Assembly (NCBI RefSeq): GCF_009914755.1
Contig: NC_060931.1
Strand: one strand, 5' to 3'
Source: the human T2T-CHM13v2.0 reference genome, Homo sapiens
DNA length: 64,000 bases
Shown here: positions 14,501 to 31,782 of the stretch, in pieces
How positions within the stretch are numbered: position 1 is the first letter of the stretch
Layout of the letters: each line of letters starts with the position of its first letter
The notes under the pieces: generated by a model
What the model was told of the DNA's origin: nothing
Seen by the model: the letters and a program-made list of their open reading frames with translations, nothing else
Database searches by the model: none
Made by a program: the position numbers and the translations under genes

Positions 14501-15099
14501 AGGGTAGAGATCTTTTGGGATCTAATTGGATGCCCAGCAGGCTGATGCTGTGTCTTAGAAACTGGACTTTTAACTGGTTGGGTAAATACTTCTCCAGCCT
14601 GTCTTGTACTGCTTGTTCTGCCGGAGGCTAGCAAAAAACCATGTGAATATGTACAATGTATTAGGCCAGGTCCTGAAAGTAAATTAAGATAACATCAAAG
14701 GGATCCTTTATAAATTGATGGAGGGAGGCCAGCCTATTGCATCATTCCTAATGTCATTCTAACCACAATAACTGTACCGTGTCCAAAGGTAGCTTTGCTT
14801 TTTCACTCTCACACTGGATTCCAGCTAGTTTGTGTGCCTCCCAGAGGTTGTTTGGTGTAGATGCTTAATGTACATCATTCATCTTACAAACTGGGGAGCA
14901 TTAGATGGTGATAGTGTTGAGAACTGTTAGTCTTTTTGTAACCTCATTTTCCTACTTTTATATTACGTAAGAAGAATTAAAACCCAAGGAGGGGAGAGAG
15001 AAGAGCAAATGAGCTTTCATTGAAAGTCTGCCTCAATGAACTTCAGGAGTTGTTTTGTATCTGGCTTTTTTTCCTCTCAGATAACTATGGGATATTGAC

Positions 15100-15232
15100 C
15101 CTTGTTTACAGAATTATGCTAAGTTCTTTGTGTATATTACCTCATTTAATCCTCACAACACATCTCTGAGGAGTGTCAGTAGTAACTCCACTATATAAAT
15201 GAGGAAACTTTGGAATTTGCTAAATGGTCATA
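15100..15232 (-). mobile_element. MIR SINE
   Basis: ctcatttaatcctcacaac...atgaggaaact. Confidence 0.75.
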
Positions 15233-15410
15233 GAGTCGGTTTCATAAGGAGATGTAAGAGATATGCTAGGATCCCTATCAATCTTGGTGCTATGGTTGTG
15301 GTGGAAAACATGATCTAGAATTCAAAACAAATCCAGAATAAAGCCCAGACCAGCTTTTGCCTATATAGATGGATCAGTATGAGCTGGGGGAAGGGGGTAA
15401 TCATAGGCAA

Positions 15411-15533
15411 TTTTTTTAAGAGACAGGTTCTTGCAACGTTGCCCAGGCTAGCCTTGAACTCCTGGGCTCAAGCAATCATTCTCCTTCAGCCTCCCGAGTA
15501 GCTTGAACTACAAGCATGCACCATTGTGCCCAG
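15411..15533 (-). mobile_element. FLAM (free left Alu monomer)
   Basis: Single ~120-bp monomer: gttgcccaggctagccttgaactcctgggctcaagc. Confidence 0.85.
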
Positions 15534-17249
15534 AAATAAGTAATATTAGTAAAAGCATGCAGACATAAAAGTCAGTTTTCAGGAATGCAATGCCATGCCA
15601 TAGGGTTCAAATTACTAAGTGAGAGTGCAAATCCAAGGAAAACTGGGAAGAGAGCGAGTTAGCGACACAATTCTCTCTTTTTCATTCTTGGTGATCATCA
15701 CTGGATTCTGGTCTTCAAAGACTGGCCAGATGAGGAGAATGATTTCTGTAAGAAATCAGAGATCTGAGAATGAAGGTACTATCTAAGTCAATGACCCTGC
15801 ATCAGAATTTCCCCACCTCAAATCCCCCAAGTCAAAATCTCTGCAAATATCATGTGGAAATATAAATAGGATAAAGGATGACAGACATGTTCATATGTAT
15901 TAACATTTAAAATCCTTAAAAGCATCTAATCAACTACATGCCTGCTTAGAAAACAAAAAGACCAAGGGCATATTTTTGGAGGTATTCTATAGTTATGGGT
16001 ATTGTAAATAAACATGCTTGCTGGGGATACCCATCCTTTGTCTCTTTTGTAAAGTCTATAATTCTGAAGTGATTGGCTGCCATTGCATTTTCTCCTCTTT
16101 TATTCAAAGTATGACCACAATAATTAAGGAATGAGGTTAATCTTGGAAGCTGGTAAAAGGGGGCTGAAAGAGGGGAACTAGATAAGTGGAATTGTTGAAC
16201 GCCTTTAATCTCAAAGCCTTCTGCACATTACAAATCACATTGAATCTTCCCTTTCAGAAGGTATCAAATTCAGAGAGGATAAGATGTGTGCATTTGATAG
16301 ATGCCAATGTTTACCTTAAGACTGAAGTTCTGTTTCCTTTATGCGCAAGTTGTACCAGGAACAACCTCAGAATTGTTAAACACACTATAGTTTGCTTCTG
16401 CTGCTCTCTGTTTCCTCAGTATTTCTTTAGAATTGTTTAGATCCCTGTCTGGAAGGAGTCATTCTACTTCTCAGACAATATAAAAAAAATGTCAGAAATA
16501 TCAGCCAAAGACATGAGTTTATTCAAACAGAAGCAAAACTTGCTTGTGTATATTCAAATGAACTCATTTGGAAGCAGGATGTAAATTTCAGAACTATGTA
16601 AATAATTAATAAAATCTTAAAGATATGTCAGTCTGGAATTCACCTAAAATTTGTTATAAAGTCCTTTTGAATATCATATCTTTTTGAAGGGACATTGGCT
16701 AAAAATTTAACATGGGTCTTTCAGTGGTGGTATTATATATAACAACTCATTTCTTATTTTGTAATTGACTTAATCTAGAGCACTCTTTCTCAAATGATTC
16801 CCTTTGCAACGTGCCAAACTTAGATTTTTCTACTTCTAAAATCCAGCGACAGATATCTTTTTCGCTCTGAATGAAAAAAATACTCAAGTATTTTTTTCAA
16901 GTATTTTCTTATTTATTTACAGGTGTTATTTATCTGCTCATAAATGCTGATAGTCAAGAACAAAATGAACGAGTCACAAGATATTGAAAACAAAAATCCT
17001 TAGGAGCAGCTGATCCTGGTGGGCCAGGTTGGCTTCTTTGAGATGTGAAATTATGATTCTTTATCTTATTGCCTACGTCAAATGTCATCTGGTATGATAG
17101 GAAAAGTGTTCATATGATAGAATTATCTTCAGCAGTAGGTAAGAAGGTTCTCCAAAGAGCATGACACCTACAGGAACACACCCATACCAAAAATTCGAGA
17201 ATTACTGATTTTGAGAACTCATTGCCCTTAATCACAAAGTCTTCCTTTG

Positions 17250-18035
17250 TCATTTTTGTTATGCATATACCTTCTGACCCTGTTTTCCTACTTCTAAGTG
17301 TCTATCACATCCACCAAACAAAAAATTTTAAACACATGCACATGGTGTTTATTATGGCATTATTTGTAATATTCAAAAATTGTGGCTGGGTACTGTGGCT
17401 CACACCTGTGATCCCAGCACTTTGGGAGGCCAAGGTGGGAGAATCACTTGAGCCTAGGAGTTTGAGACCATTCTGGGAAACATGGCAAGACCCCGGTTTC
17501 TACAAAAAATTTAAAAGTTAGCCAGCCTCAGCTACTTGGGAGGCTGAGTTGGGAGGATCGCTTGAGCCCAGGAGGTCAAGGCTGCAGTGAGCTATGTTCA
17601 TGCCACTGCACCCCAGCCTGGGCAACAGAGCCAAACCCTGTCTCAAAAAAACAAACGAAGGAAGAAAAATTGCAAATAACTCAAACATAGGAGAATGTTT
17701 TGGTAAATCTTAGAACATCCATATAGGAGTTTTACAAAACAAAATAGCACTATTTATATTGATATGGATGATCATCAAAGCATAGATAAATAAATAAAAG
17801 TAAGCTGAAGAATAATCCATCTATATGATCACTGTATATGATGTATTTGGTACACATGGGGCAAGCGCTAGGAAATAAAGGGGGTCTTAGAAAAAGTTCA
17901 GAGATGTCACACACCAGACTCCAGGTGGGAGGGTGAAGTTGAAAGGGTAAAGGAGAACCTGAACTTCTTAATCTACATACTTCTGTGTTGTTTAAATGTA
18001 TTCATAAATCATTTGTGTGCCTAAAAATAATTTTC
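17250..18035 (+). mobile_element. L1ME-type 3' fragment split by an Alu
   Basis: atgcatataccttctgaccc...gtttattatggcattatttgtaata; resumes after the Alu. Confidence 0.6.
17384..17664 (+). mobile_element. AluJ with a ~20-25-bp deletion at the start of the right arm
   Basis: ttagccag joined directly to cctcagctac; TSD aaaaattg at 17375-17382 and 17665-17672. Confidence 0.92.
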
Positions 18036-20044
18036 AAAAGAGAAATCACATGCTTTAAAAAAGCACATGTGAAGAAATTTCTTTCCTTTAGAATTTAGTG
18101 CCAGAAAAACTTGTGTTCAAATAAGAATTTGTTTGTGTTTCTTCAATTCTAATGGAAATAATTCAAGAATGTTTCCCTTCTAATTCTGCCTTTCAGGAAG
18201 CTCAGAATCAAAATGGATGCTCAGTTGGAACAGCCGCACTAGCCTGCCACATTAGCACGTTTGCTACCACCTCTTTCTGCAGATCCCATTTGCAATTTCT
18301 GGGTTTACACCATCAGACTGATTTTCTATGTAATCTTCGTTATAAGCCTCTTCAGATGTTTTTAAAATGAAATGAGGAATACATTAATGAATAATCAAAT
18401 GATTATTTTCATTGAGTTGGAAAGTCATTTCACGTTTCAGAATGGCTGTTAGTGACAGTTGACTTCTACCTAAATGTAACTCAATATTACACATTCTCAT
18501 CCTATAATATGTAACTCATACCTAAAAAAAATAATCAGTGGGCTCCAGAATGCGCAGAAAAATATATTCAGGATTTTGCTTTTCCCCCCAGTACTGTCTA
18601 AGGTGGTTGTTTAGGTCTAGTGAGCCACCGAAATTAATTATACCCGAAGGAAATACACAGACCTCAGGGATTAGATGGCAATGTATCTATTTATTGAAGT
18701 CCTCTCTGTGTGAAGTAAAATAATCCTTAAAGAAGATTAAATGGAAAGACCACCGTACAGATTTCTACACGCAAAGAAAGATAGTCTGCTTCAAACAGTG
18801 AAGTTTAAAAACTGTACATTTTTTAGAATACTGACAATCACAGGCCAAGGCTCACCCTTCCTTACCCATTTCCACCCAACACACACTCGAGTACAGCATC
18901 CTGTTTTACAGGTTTCAAGCATGGCTCCATCCTTGCTTTAAAAAAACAGAAAACCAAACCACTTTCGGTACATTTTGGTGTGTTCTTTATTTTGAGTGTC
19001 TTTTGAAACACATCCTTCTATGTTCCAGAAATAAACTGGCAGCTCCCTCTCTTGTCCTGGTGAAACTCCTCACCGGTCAGTTCCCCATACAAACAAAGCC
19101 ATGAGAGAAGTGTTTTGGACAAGGCTTTTCCCAACTAATGGCTTGAATGTGCTCTGGGAATGCTAACATGATTTTTTAATTAACATTAATTCTGCTTAGC
19201 TTCAACTATGAAAGAAATGGGGTTTCTTCAAACACCAATTAACAAAGCAAACCCCAATAAAGGGAAAATACTCGCTCCCCACCCCCAGCCCCTAACAGGA
19301 AACTCCCCCCTGTTAAGTTTTCCCCAAGGTCTCTATAAACTTTCTCTGATGAACTTGCTAGAGCCTTAATGAGAATGAATCAGCACAGATTTTTCCATCA
19401 TATAAACAGAAATATTTAATTTCATGAAAGGGGACAGCATGCTGGATTCTGCCCAGCCCACTACATAATGTCTTCAGTTTTTCCTCCTTCCTAGTAGTTT
19501 ATTTATCATAGTATTTTCATTACAGTAATTCCTCAGAGTTTCCCAAACCTGAAGACTATACCTCAGCATCATAGATGAAACAAAAAGACCTAAGCCTCAT
19601 TGCTGACTCTATTTTCTTACTTGAAGCAGAGGGAAAATATTTGCCCTCTTTGTGTTTGCTCAGAATAAATTTCCCTGCATGGGCCACTCCTAGGACCCAG
19701 AGGGACAATCATACTTCCAGACAAGCCCAGGGGGCAAAGCAACACATCCAAAGATCCCACTAGGACAACCCTTCTCACACTGTATTCAGAGAAACACAAA
19801 ATGTTATTCTGTGTTCTACTCAAAAAGGGTTTTGTGGTCAAATAAACTAGGGAAATGCTTCAAACCATATTTATTTGGAGATTCACAAAGCATGTCATCC
19901 TGTTAAAAGCTCTGGAAATCTTATAATTAGAAAATCTAAGTAACTTGCTTAACTCTATTTATTTTTCTGACTATTTAATCACAAGACCTTTCTTCATGGA
20001 ACACAAGCATTCTACAAATCACTTTAAAAATGGGAAGGAAGTGA

Positions 20045-20225
20045 GTACTTACTAAGTACCAGCTATGTGCATTGATTATTTGAGTTAATCATCCTAACAG
20101 TCCTATTAGTATTATTATCCCCATTTTACAGGTTAAAAAATGCTGAGGTTCAAAACATTTTTAAAACATGTCTAGCTTTACATATATAATAAATTAATGG
20201 GGCTAGCATTCAAATCCAAATCCAA
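20045..20225 (-). mobile_element. MIR SINE
   Basis: tattattatccccattttacag...ctgaggttca. Confidence 0.75.
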
Positions 20226-20227
20226 TC

Positions 20228-20460
20228 AGATGGGTGAAGAGGTTTAAAACTGTATCACATGAAGGAAAATCGACCATTTTAATCGACCATAACGTAATTT
20301 TAGCTTAGTCTGATTTGGAGGAGTTTCTGGGGAGGGGAGGCATGACATGATGATGTCTTTAAATATTTGAAAGATGGGACTGTTAAGTGAAAATTGGATT
20401 ATTCAAGCATCAGGTGGGGTGACTCAACCTTCAAGCTTCCATTCAGGCCTGAGACTATGA
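20228..20460 (+). mobile_element. L3/CR1 LINE 3' fragment
   Basis: ggtgaagaggtttaaaactgtatcacatga; gacatgatgatgtctttaaatatttgaa; terminal ctgagactatga. Confidence 0.6.
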
Positions 20461-20749
20461 GCTTTTGAGCTGTTAAAGATGCACAAAAGAATGGTTCACA
20501 GCCACTGGTGATCAATTATCTTCCTGGAGGCTCACCTCTAAATTCATACAGCTTGGAATTCCATGGAGTGTCCTTACAACTTATAAATGTAATAAACACA
20601 ACAGAAGAAAAGTAGTTTTAAGGCCACCAACACAACAATGTTTCAGTCATACAGGAAGAATCCCAATGGCTTTATGATGAAAAAACCAAAGCTTTACTAT
20701 ACCATAATTTGTCATGGAATAAAATGGCAACATCTTTATTAGGACACAT

Positions 20750-21126
20750 TTCATTAAACCGCTTTCACACTGCTAAAAAAATACTGCCAAGACTGAGTAA
20801 TTTATAAAGGAAAGAGGTTTCATTGACTCACAGTTCTGCATGGCTGTGGAGGCCTCAGGAAACTTACAATCATGGTGGAAGGGGAAGCAGGCACATCTTA
20901 CATGGTAGCAGGAGAGAGAGGAGAAAGTGAAGGGGGAAGGGCCCCTTATAAAACCATCAGATCTCATGAGAATTCACTCACTATCAGAACAGCATGGGAG
21001 AAACTGCCCCAATGATCCAGTCACCTCCTTTCCTTGACACGTGGGCATTATGGGTCTCTCCTTTGACACATGGGGATTATAATTCGAGATGAGATTTGGG
21101 TAGGGACATAGAACCAAATGCTATCA
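20750..21126 (-). mobile_element. THE1 (C/D-like) MaLR solo LTR
   Basis: gactcacagttctgcatggctgtggaggcctcaggaaacttacaatcatgg; aaaaccatcagatctcatgaga. Confidence 0.9.
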
Positions 21127-21789
21127 CCCAGCCAATGGCATTTATTTATAAGAAGTGCTAGAAAGAACCTTATTATAGTATCCGTCTCTCTCAAAACATC
21201 ATCACACGTGATTCTATTCTACAAAAGGTGGTGCTACAATCAGCATTTAAGGCATAAGGGGAGTAAAACTTGAGACTAGCAACATCTGAGAAGCCTTCTT
21301 ACATAGTTAATCAACTAGTTGCAGTATTTATAGAAGTCCTTCAGAAAGTACAGGGAACTATGCTGGATTTGGGCATGGAAGAGAGCTTACAAAGTCAAGT
21401 ACGTGGAGATAGAGATAGAGACAGAGATATATTTTGACCAAGAAGAGAGCAGAAAAATGTGAAGGAATTATACTAAATTAAAACAGACTGCATTTTTGTT
21501 ATGTTTGTGTATAACACCACTAATATTTTAGCAAAGAATTTAGGGAAAATACCACAAATCATGAAGAGTAGCTCTGCATACTGTGCGACTCTGCTCATGA
21601 TTTTTCTAAAGACCAATGTGGAAATTGACAAAAATCAGCTCCATGAGTTAAGTTTCCCTACAGTTCTAAGTAAACTTCCTTCCACTCTGTTGATGAAGCT
21701 AATAATGCCTAATTATTTACCAGGGTTTTCTGCCTTGCTCCTGGTCTAATTAATTAGGGCTGGAAACAGTGTTTTACTACATCTGTTAG

Positions 21790-22149
<360 letters not shown>

Positions 22150-22209
22150 AGGTTAACTTTAAAAAAAAAAAAAAAAAACCCAAGTGGAACATGCTTTACA
22201 TCACTTGGA

Positions 22210-22410
22210 AGTCATTTATTCCGCAAAATTGTCAGCCAACTACAAGCAGGACACTTGGGGGATGCAGCAAAGACTGAAAAACAGGCTTGTCTGGAAGAAC
22301 TCATGCTCCAGAGAGGGAGAGAAAACATTCGGCAGTAACAAGAAAACAAAGTAGAGTGTGGCAATCACCGCAAGAGAAGGAGAGACTAAGTGCAGTGGAT
22401 TTCCGAGGAT
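22210..22410 (-). mobile_element. L2 3' fragment
   Basis: tcatttattc...ggggatgcagca...aactcatgctccagagagggaga. Confidence 0.5.
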
Positions 22411-23414
22411 GGTAGTTATTTATCAACATAATACATGTGTGAGATCTAGACTCAGCAGGCTATCATGGGTTTCCCTTCCATGACATTCTACTCAGCAGAC
22501 ACAAAGGTCTACTTAAATGTGCAGGACAGCCATAAAATCTGGAAACATAAATTTTTGTTTACACATTGATCATTGATAACATTAAGGATCTCTATGTTTT
22601 CATACTGTAGGTGCAAAAACAAAACAACTTTGTATGTAACCCATTCAAAATGATATGGAATAAATGAGTGTCTTAGAATTCTGGAGAATTTCCATTGTTC
22701 AAAATGTGAATATTCTCTTAATCTGTTTGCTAATGAATAGGAGTAATTTATAAAATTGATTATGAAAAAAAAGATGCTTTAAAGCCTCAATAGTATATAA
22801 TGGGCAGGCAGAAATAAAATAATAGACCCTATTTTCATTTCTACTACTAAATTCTATATGGCTTTCTAAATATTTTCCTAAGAAGAAACTAGAGATAAAT
22901 TACCTTAAAATGGATAGTGCGTATGCTGTTTAATTGCCAGGAACTAATAAGCGTTTTGAATCAAGTAAGACTGAAGCTTCTTAACTCTGTAGCTTAAACT
23001 TGTTACATATTTTAAAATAAGAAACAAGAAATTTTCTTCAAAAAATAATTTCATGCTCAGAATTACTAAAAACATGAAGCATAGAATGACTCTACCTTTT
23101 CCAACTATCTTTTCATTTTCTTTTCTTAAGACATAGGTGACATATCCAAGTGCTTGTCCTTCATCAGATGTTTCTATAAGCAGCAGAGCAGAAAGCTCTA
23201 ATATCTATTCATTCGTAATGTGTCATTCTGAATGTATTAGGGACAACTGACTTCACATGTCATAGGTAATTAGAAAAGTCACCTTCAGTTCCAGGTTTTT
23301 AAAGCACAGCACCATATACTTTTAATAAGTACATGTATTGATGTCTTTTGACATGTCTGAATCTCTTTTCATCTCTCACTTTTATGGTGGATAAATTATC
23401 TCTATGGTCATTTA

Positions 23415-23784
<370 letters not shown>

Positions 23785-24399
23785 TTAACTGGGATGTGCA
23801 ATAAAGTTTTACCATGTTTTTTCTTGTAAGCAAGATAATTTGTTTGTGTCCTGAGATTCAGTAACCCAGAATGTTCTGTTCCTAGAAGTAATTTTTAGAG
23901 TCTTACCTGAGAAAACAAGAGAGTTGAATAAAGTGTAGGTGAAAAATTGAAAGTCGATATGTCATGTTCAGACAGTGGGGAGTAGTAGGCAAGAACTTAC
24001 TGCTCATGAATGTTGTGCCTTCTGCGAAGGGCACCATTAGTTCAGCTGTGAATGGCCAACGCGGCTCTCTAAGAGTATTAATGGTGGTTCATAGGACCTG
24101 CCTGCAGATGAATTCTAGTGGAATGAGCTGGAATCACCCAGATATCTAGGCCTGCAGAGATGTGTGGATCAATACTTCAGATTGAACAGTGCTTTTACTG
24201 CTCTTCAAGGGCATGGGTGGGAAACTTCCAGACTTTTTACACATTTGGCAAGTTCATTAGCAGAAGACAGACATTTATTAGAGCATTCACTTCCCAGATA
24301 TTAAGGTGCCTTCATCACAGGAAAGCTTTCCAATACTTCTGTCCTGGAATCCTGGCTCCAGAGTCATCTTTGCACTGAACCAATCATCAAGCATTTTTT

Positions 24400-24560
24400 A
24401 GCCCCTGCCTAGCCTCTCAACAGTATGATACATGACTGATCGTGGCTTATTTCCTGAAATACTTTTTTCTTTGGCTTCTACAATGTTGCACTATCCTATT
24501 GTCCCTCCTGCTTCTCCGGCCTCCCTTTTCAAATTCCGTTGCCTGTGCATTTTTCTCTAG
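24400..24560 (+). mobile_element. L2 internal fragment
   Basis: ttcctgaaatacttttttctttggcttct... Confidence 0.5.
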
Positions 24561-24632
24561 GGAGCCTTTAAAGACACCATGATATGTGGTCAAATAAATA
24601 TGATGGACTAAGAAGAAATTAGACAATACAGC

Positions 24633-25010
24633 TGTATTAGTGTGGGCTAAACTGCTAAAACAAATAGTACATCCCAAAAATGTATAGTAACTCAAATATA
24701 AAAGAGGTTTATTTCTTGTTCATCTAATAGTCCAGAGCAGGGGTTCACAGTTTGCAGACAGCTACCCCACATGGTGATTCAGGGACCCAGCCTCCTACTA
24801 TCTCAAAGCTCCACCATAGCCATTAGTATCTGTGTCCAGTGAAAAAGACGATAAAAGGCAACTAGGAGGCATAACAAAGACATCTACGCTGAAAACCCAC
24901 TGTTCAGAACTTAGTTTTATAATCACACTTAACTGCAAAAGTGACTGGGGATTGTGCTCTAGCCGTGTGCCCAGGCAACAAAATGGAGAACAGATTTTAA
25001 GAAACTCTCC
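24633..25010 (-). mobile_element. Old MLT1 (J/K/L-like) LTR
   Basis: tgtattagt...gtttatttcttgttca; gattcagggacccag; cacacttaactgcaa. Confidence 0.7.
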
Positions 25011-25014
25011 CATA

Positions 25015-25365
25015 ATTCACAATCAATTAATGGTATTTATATACAAAGAAACAACACAGCAGAAAAATGAGTACAGGGCACACACATACATGCACAAAAA
25101 TATTACCAAGGCAAAAGTAAGTATCACCAATAAAGAGATATTCAAACTTAGCAATAATCGGAAATGTTTAAATTAACAAGAGTATGTAATCATTAAATAT
25201 TTGGAAAAGCAATAATACCAAGTGCTGGGGAGTATTCAGGGAAACAGACATTCTCATACGTTGCTGATGGAAGTACAAATTATACAACATTTAAGAAACA
25301 TAATTTGCTAACCTATATTGCAATATAAACTCATACTTTCATCAGTAATCCAACTTTTGGGGAAC
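25015..25365 (+). mobile_element. L1ME-type fragment
   Basis: ataataccaagtgctgg...cattctcatacgttgctgatggaagtacaaatt. Confidence 0.65.
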
Positions 25366-25366
25366 T

Positions 25367-25617
25367 GTTTACAGCGGTCGCTGCGATGTGCCTCCTGAAT
25401 CCCACTCTAGCACTAAAGCATAAGTTTGCTCAGCTGCCAGAAGCCTTGCCTGCTGATGCGCCACAGCTGTGTTTCTCCCTGGGGATTTTCCTCCACACAA
25501 GGGAGCTGCTTTACTTTGAACCATGCTTGCTTTCCAGGGGAAGCCCACCTATTGGTGGTCAATGCAGAGGGTACAAAGGATGGCTTCCTTACCTCAGCTG
25601 GGGACATTTCTCAAGGA
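25367..25617 (+). mobile_element. LTR16-like ERVL LTR, partial
   Basis: cagctgccag...ctgctgatg...cacagctg; gggtacaaagg...ccttacctca. Confidence 0.55.
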
Positions 25618-25645
25618 CTGGATCACTGAATTAAAAGGATACATA

Positions 25646-28775
<3,130 letters not shown>

Positions 28776-29139
28776 AACACAGAATTTCTACATTAGTACC
28801 TATGAGGCTTATCATATATATCTGGATTGTAAAATCAGGAATAAAGTTGTTTTATTAGACAGTCAGTAACTCACAGAAAAAGTTCTTGGTTTTATCTATT
28901 TTGTAGACTGGTAGTAGACAAGTAACTCAGTTTGGAGAAATTTTTTGTATGTTTATCTTCAGGTATAAAGTTCGTTTCCCTAGAACTACATTGTATACAT
29001 TCAAGGTTTCAGCCCACTGTGGTAGAGCAAAATGTCAGTTTTGCTTTTCAACAATTTTTATGTATTACTAAGCTATAACTGGGCACAGACTTGCTTTTAA
29101 TTCACCCTAGGTAGTTTTCTATACTTTTGCTTTACTTTC

Positions 29140-29310
29140 ATGTGCCTTGTATAGTGCTCTACATTGGATTCTCATGACAAGTTTGGGAAGTAGCCAAATG
29201 GCTTTTGTGTGCCCATTTTATAGATAGAGAAACAGTTTAAGAAAGATTTTTTGTAAATCCGTTCATAGCCAGTGCATTGTAGAACTGGAACTTAAACTGA
29301 AGTCTCTCTT
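29140..29310 (-). mobile_element. MIR SINE
   Basis: cccattttatagatagagaaacag...agaactggaacttaaac. Confidence 0.6.
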
Positions 29311-29634
29311 TACCTAGAGTAGATGTGTCCTCTTCAGGCACTTTTTTCATAACGATCCACACAGGAAGCTTGAAGTTGCTTTCCTTATGTAACATGTCTT
29401 CCTTTTCTTCAGAACAGGTAATTATTCTAAGGAGAGACTTGAATCCCAGTCATATCATTTTAAGGACCCTTGTATGCAGTTATCTCCATTGAGGAATAAA
29501 AAGAACAGGTATTTCTGTAGCAGGGGCTACATCTTCTTCCAAGTTTTTAATGGGTTGAGAACATTTTGGCCATGTCTACATGATAAAAATAAAATGTTTT
29601 CCCCACTCAAAGCAACTGCAGATTTGTGAATGTG

Positions 29635-29706
29635 GTGTGTGTGTGTTTGTGTGTGTGTGTGTCTGTGTGTGTGTGTGAGAGAGAGACAGAGACAGAGACA
29701 GAGAGA
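29635..29706. repeat. Compound (TG)n(AG)n(AGAGAC)n microsatellite
   Basis: Seen directly. Confidence 0.9.
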
Positions 29707-30067
29707 AATGCGAAAATGGCTAAGCAAGCTCTCTCTGACCTACCTTCTCATTTCTGAAACTGAAAAGCCCTTGCTCATGACACTAAGGATCTACTCACTC
29801 CAGGGCATGCAGCCATGCTGGGGGGGCATGCCCAAGGGGACTGTGCCTGAGCTCCTGAAGTGTGCTGCCCCAGGACACCAGTGCCCCCACCCCTTCTTGT
29901 GATCCAAGTTAACTACAATCTGAGAATGTCTCCTCCTCCTGAACATGCATCTGTTGATCTTTCAATGTGATGATTGCAGAGGAAGTAACCAAGGTTTGGC
30001 TTTAGAACAATCAGTACTTTCAGAGTTGTAAAACTACTCTAAGGAAACCTTAATTTTGGTCCTTAGT

Positions 30068-30120
30068 AGAAGGAAGGAAGGAAGGAAGGAAAGAAAGAAA
30101 GGAAAGAAAGAAAGAAAGGA

Positions 30121-30155
<35 letters not shown>

Positions 30156-30214
30156 GAAGGAAGGAAGGAAGGAAGGAAGGAAGGAAGGAAGGAAGGAAGG
30201 AAGGAAGGAAGGAA

Positions 30215-30270
<56 letters not shown>

Positions 30271-30273
30271 AAA
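30068..30273. repeat. Compound (AAGG)n/(AAAG)n tetranucleotide STR
   Basis: 206 bp with no pyrimidine on the + strand. Confidence 0.97.
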
Positions 30274-31782
30274 CAAACCCTTGCAGTTTCAGAAAGGCTT
30301 TTGTTCTAAACACAATCTCTAACTCTCTTCTCCTGTTCATTTGCTAGTGGCTGTGTTTAGACCAGTGAGGTGCTCCTGCTCAATTGTTGATATCTACCTT
30401 TTCAGCCATGACTGTGGAATCTCATCCATGACCTTTCAATGCTCTGTTTTATTTTGTTTAGTTTATATATAGTATATCTTAGCATAGATTTAACTTTTAA
30501 TTATTGAATTCCTTGCCCACAGAGGCAAGTAAAACAGATAATCCCAAATATTTTATTTCAAATTCCAGGCTGAAAATATATCTGTACCTACATTAATGCC
30601 CCTAAATGCCTAGAGGTACATTAAGGTTCAGTCCTTTTCCAAAAAGAAAATATTTCTGCTACCCAATTCCAAACGCACCAAAGGTTCACGGACAATGTAA
30701 AACCTCCCACCTGTTTATGTTTTGTTTCACACCAAGCTGGCCTCAGGCAGGCTTCCACGCACCCCGGGCTCCCTGGTCTCCTCCCCTCTTATCTTTCCTA
30801 TCCCTCTGCCTTGTACCATCACTGGGTTAAGGCCCTTTCTCTTCCTGCAACTGTCTCACATACTCAAGACCATGAAGAGCAGTGTTTCTGATTCCTTTCT
30901 GAAGGGGGAAGATGACGCCACACAATGTTGTGGGCAGTGGTCCTGGAACCTTCAAATTACTGAGTGAAGGATTTATGAGATGGAGCTTTCTTACCAACAC
31001 TGATGGGCTCTCATAGGACTCACATCTCACAGGATTCATATCATGATGGGCTTTCCTGAATTCACATCATAAAACTAAATGACCCCATCTCACAGAGGTC
31101 AGGATGAGAATGGGTGAAAGGGAATCAGGGGGACATCCTGTCATATCCTATTTTTTTTTTTATACATTTTAACTTCCTGGCAGCTCCTGGTCTAACCTTA
31201 GATTAAGTGTTCCACCTCCAAGAGGAGAGATGGATCAGGGAAGCTGGCTGACATCAGAATATAAACTGAGAACAAAGCCTGATACCTGAGAGAGAGCAAA
31301 TCAGGCAATCTGCATTTTGAAAAATCAGGAGTTGATTGAATTTTACAGTTCATTCAGGAGTTTCCCAGCACTAAGTTTCTTGCTTTTCCAAAAGGCAATA
31401 CAGAAAAAGGAAGGCAACCATCAAGCAGGTTGAAATTTTACGTAAATAGCAAGCAGATGATGAGAGCAGGAGAATCCTCTGGGGTCTTGCCCCAAATGCT
31501 CCCCATACCAGGCCTCCTTCCCTTTCTTCCTGATGCAGCTGAGAGCTCTGCTGACCCTGTTTCTATCCAGTCAAAACACACCTGTCTTCAAAGAGCCATA
31601 TGTTTCACAGGAAGAGTTCATTCCCCACCAAACGCAGAAGGCTGATACTGTGTGTTTCTCCAAACCCGGAGGCAAGAAAGAAGAGTCCAAAACATCAACA
31701 GGTAAGGATCTACCTGATACCTGGAGCCTGTCTCCACAACTGCCAGGGATTGTTGCCCCAGCATATTGAAATTAACAACTTC

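Noticed and set aside
16923-17138. Possible plus-strand exon (tttatttacAG ... tag|GTAAGA)
   Set aside because: The splice signals are plausible but common by chance in 64 kb, and there is no ORF or other support.
30034-30340. Lys/Glu/Arg-rich and Phe/Leu/Ser-rich ORFs
   Set aside because: These are translations of the AAAG/AAGG microsatellite.
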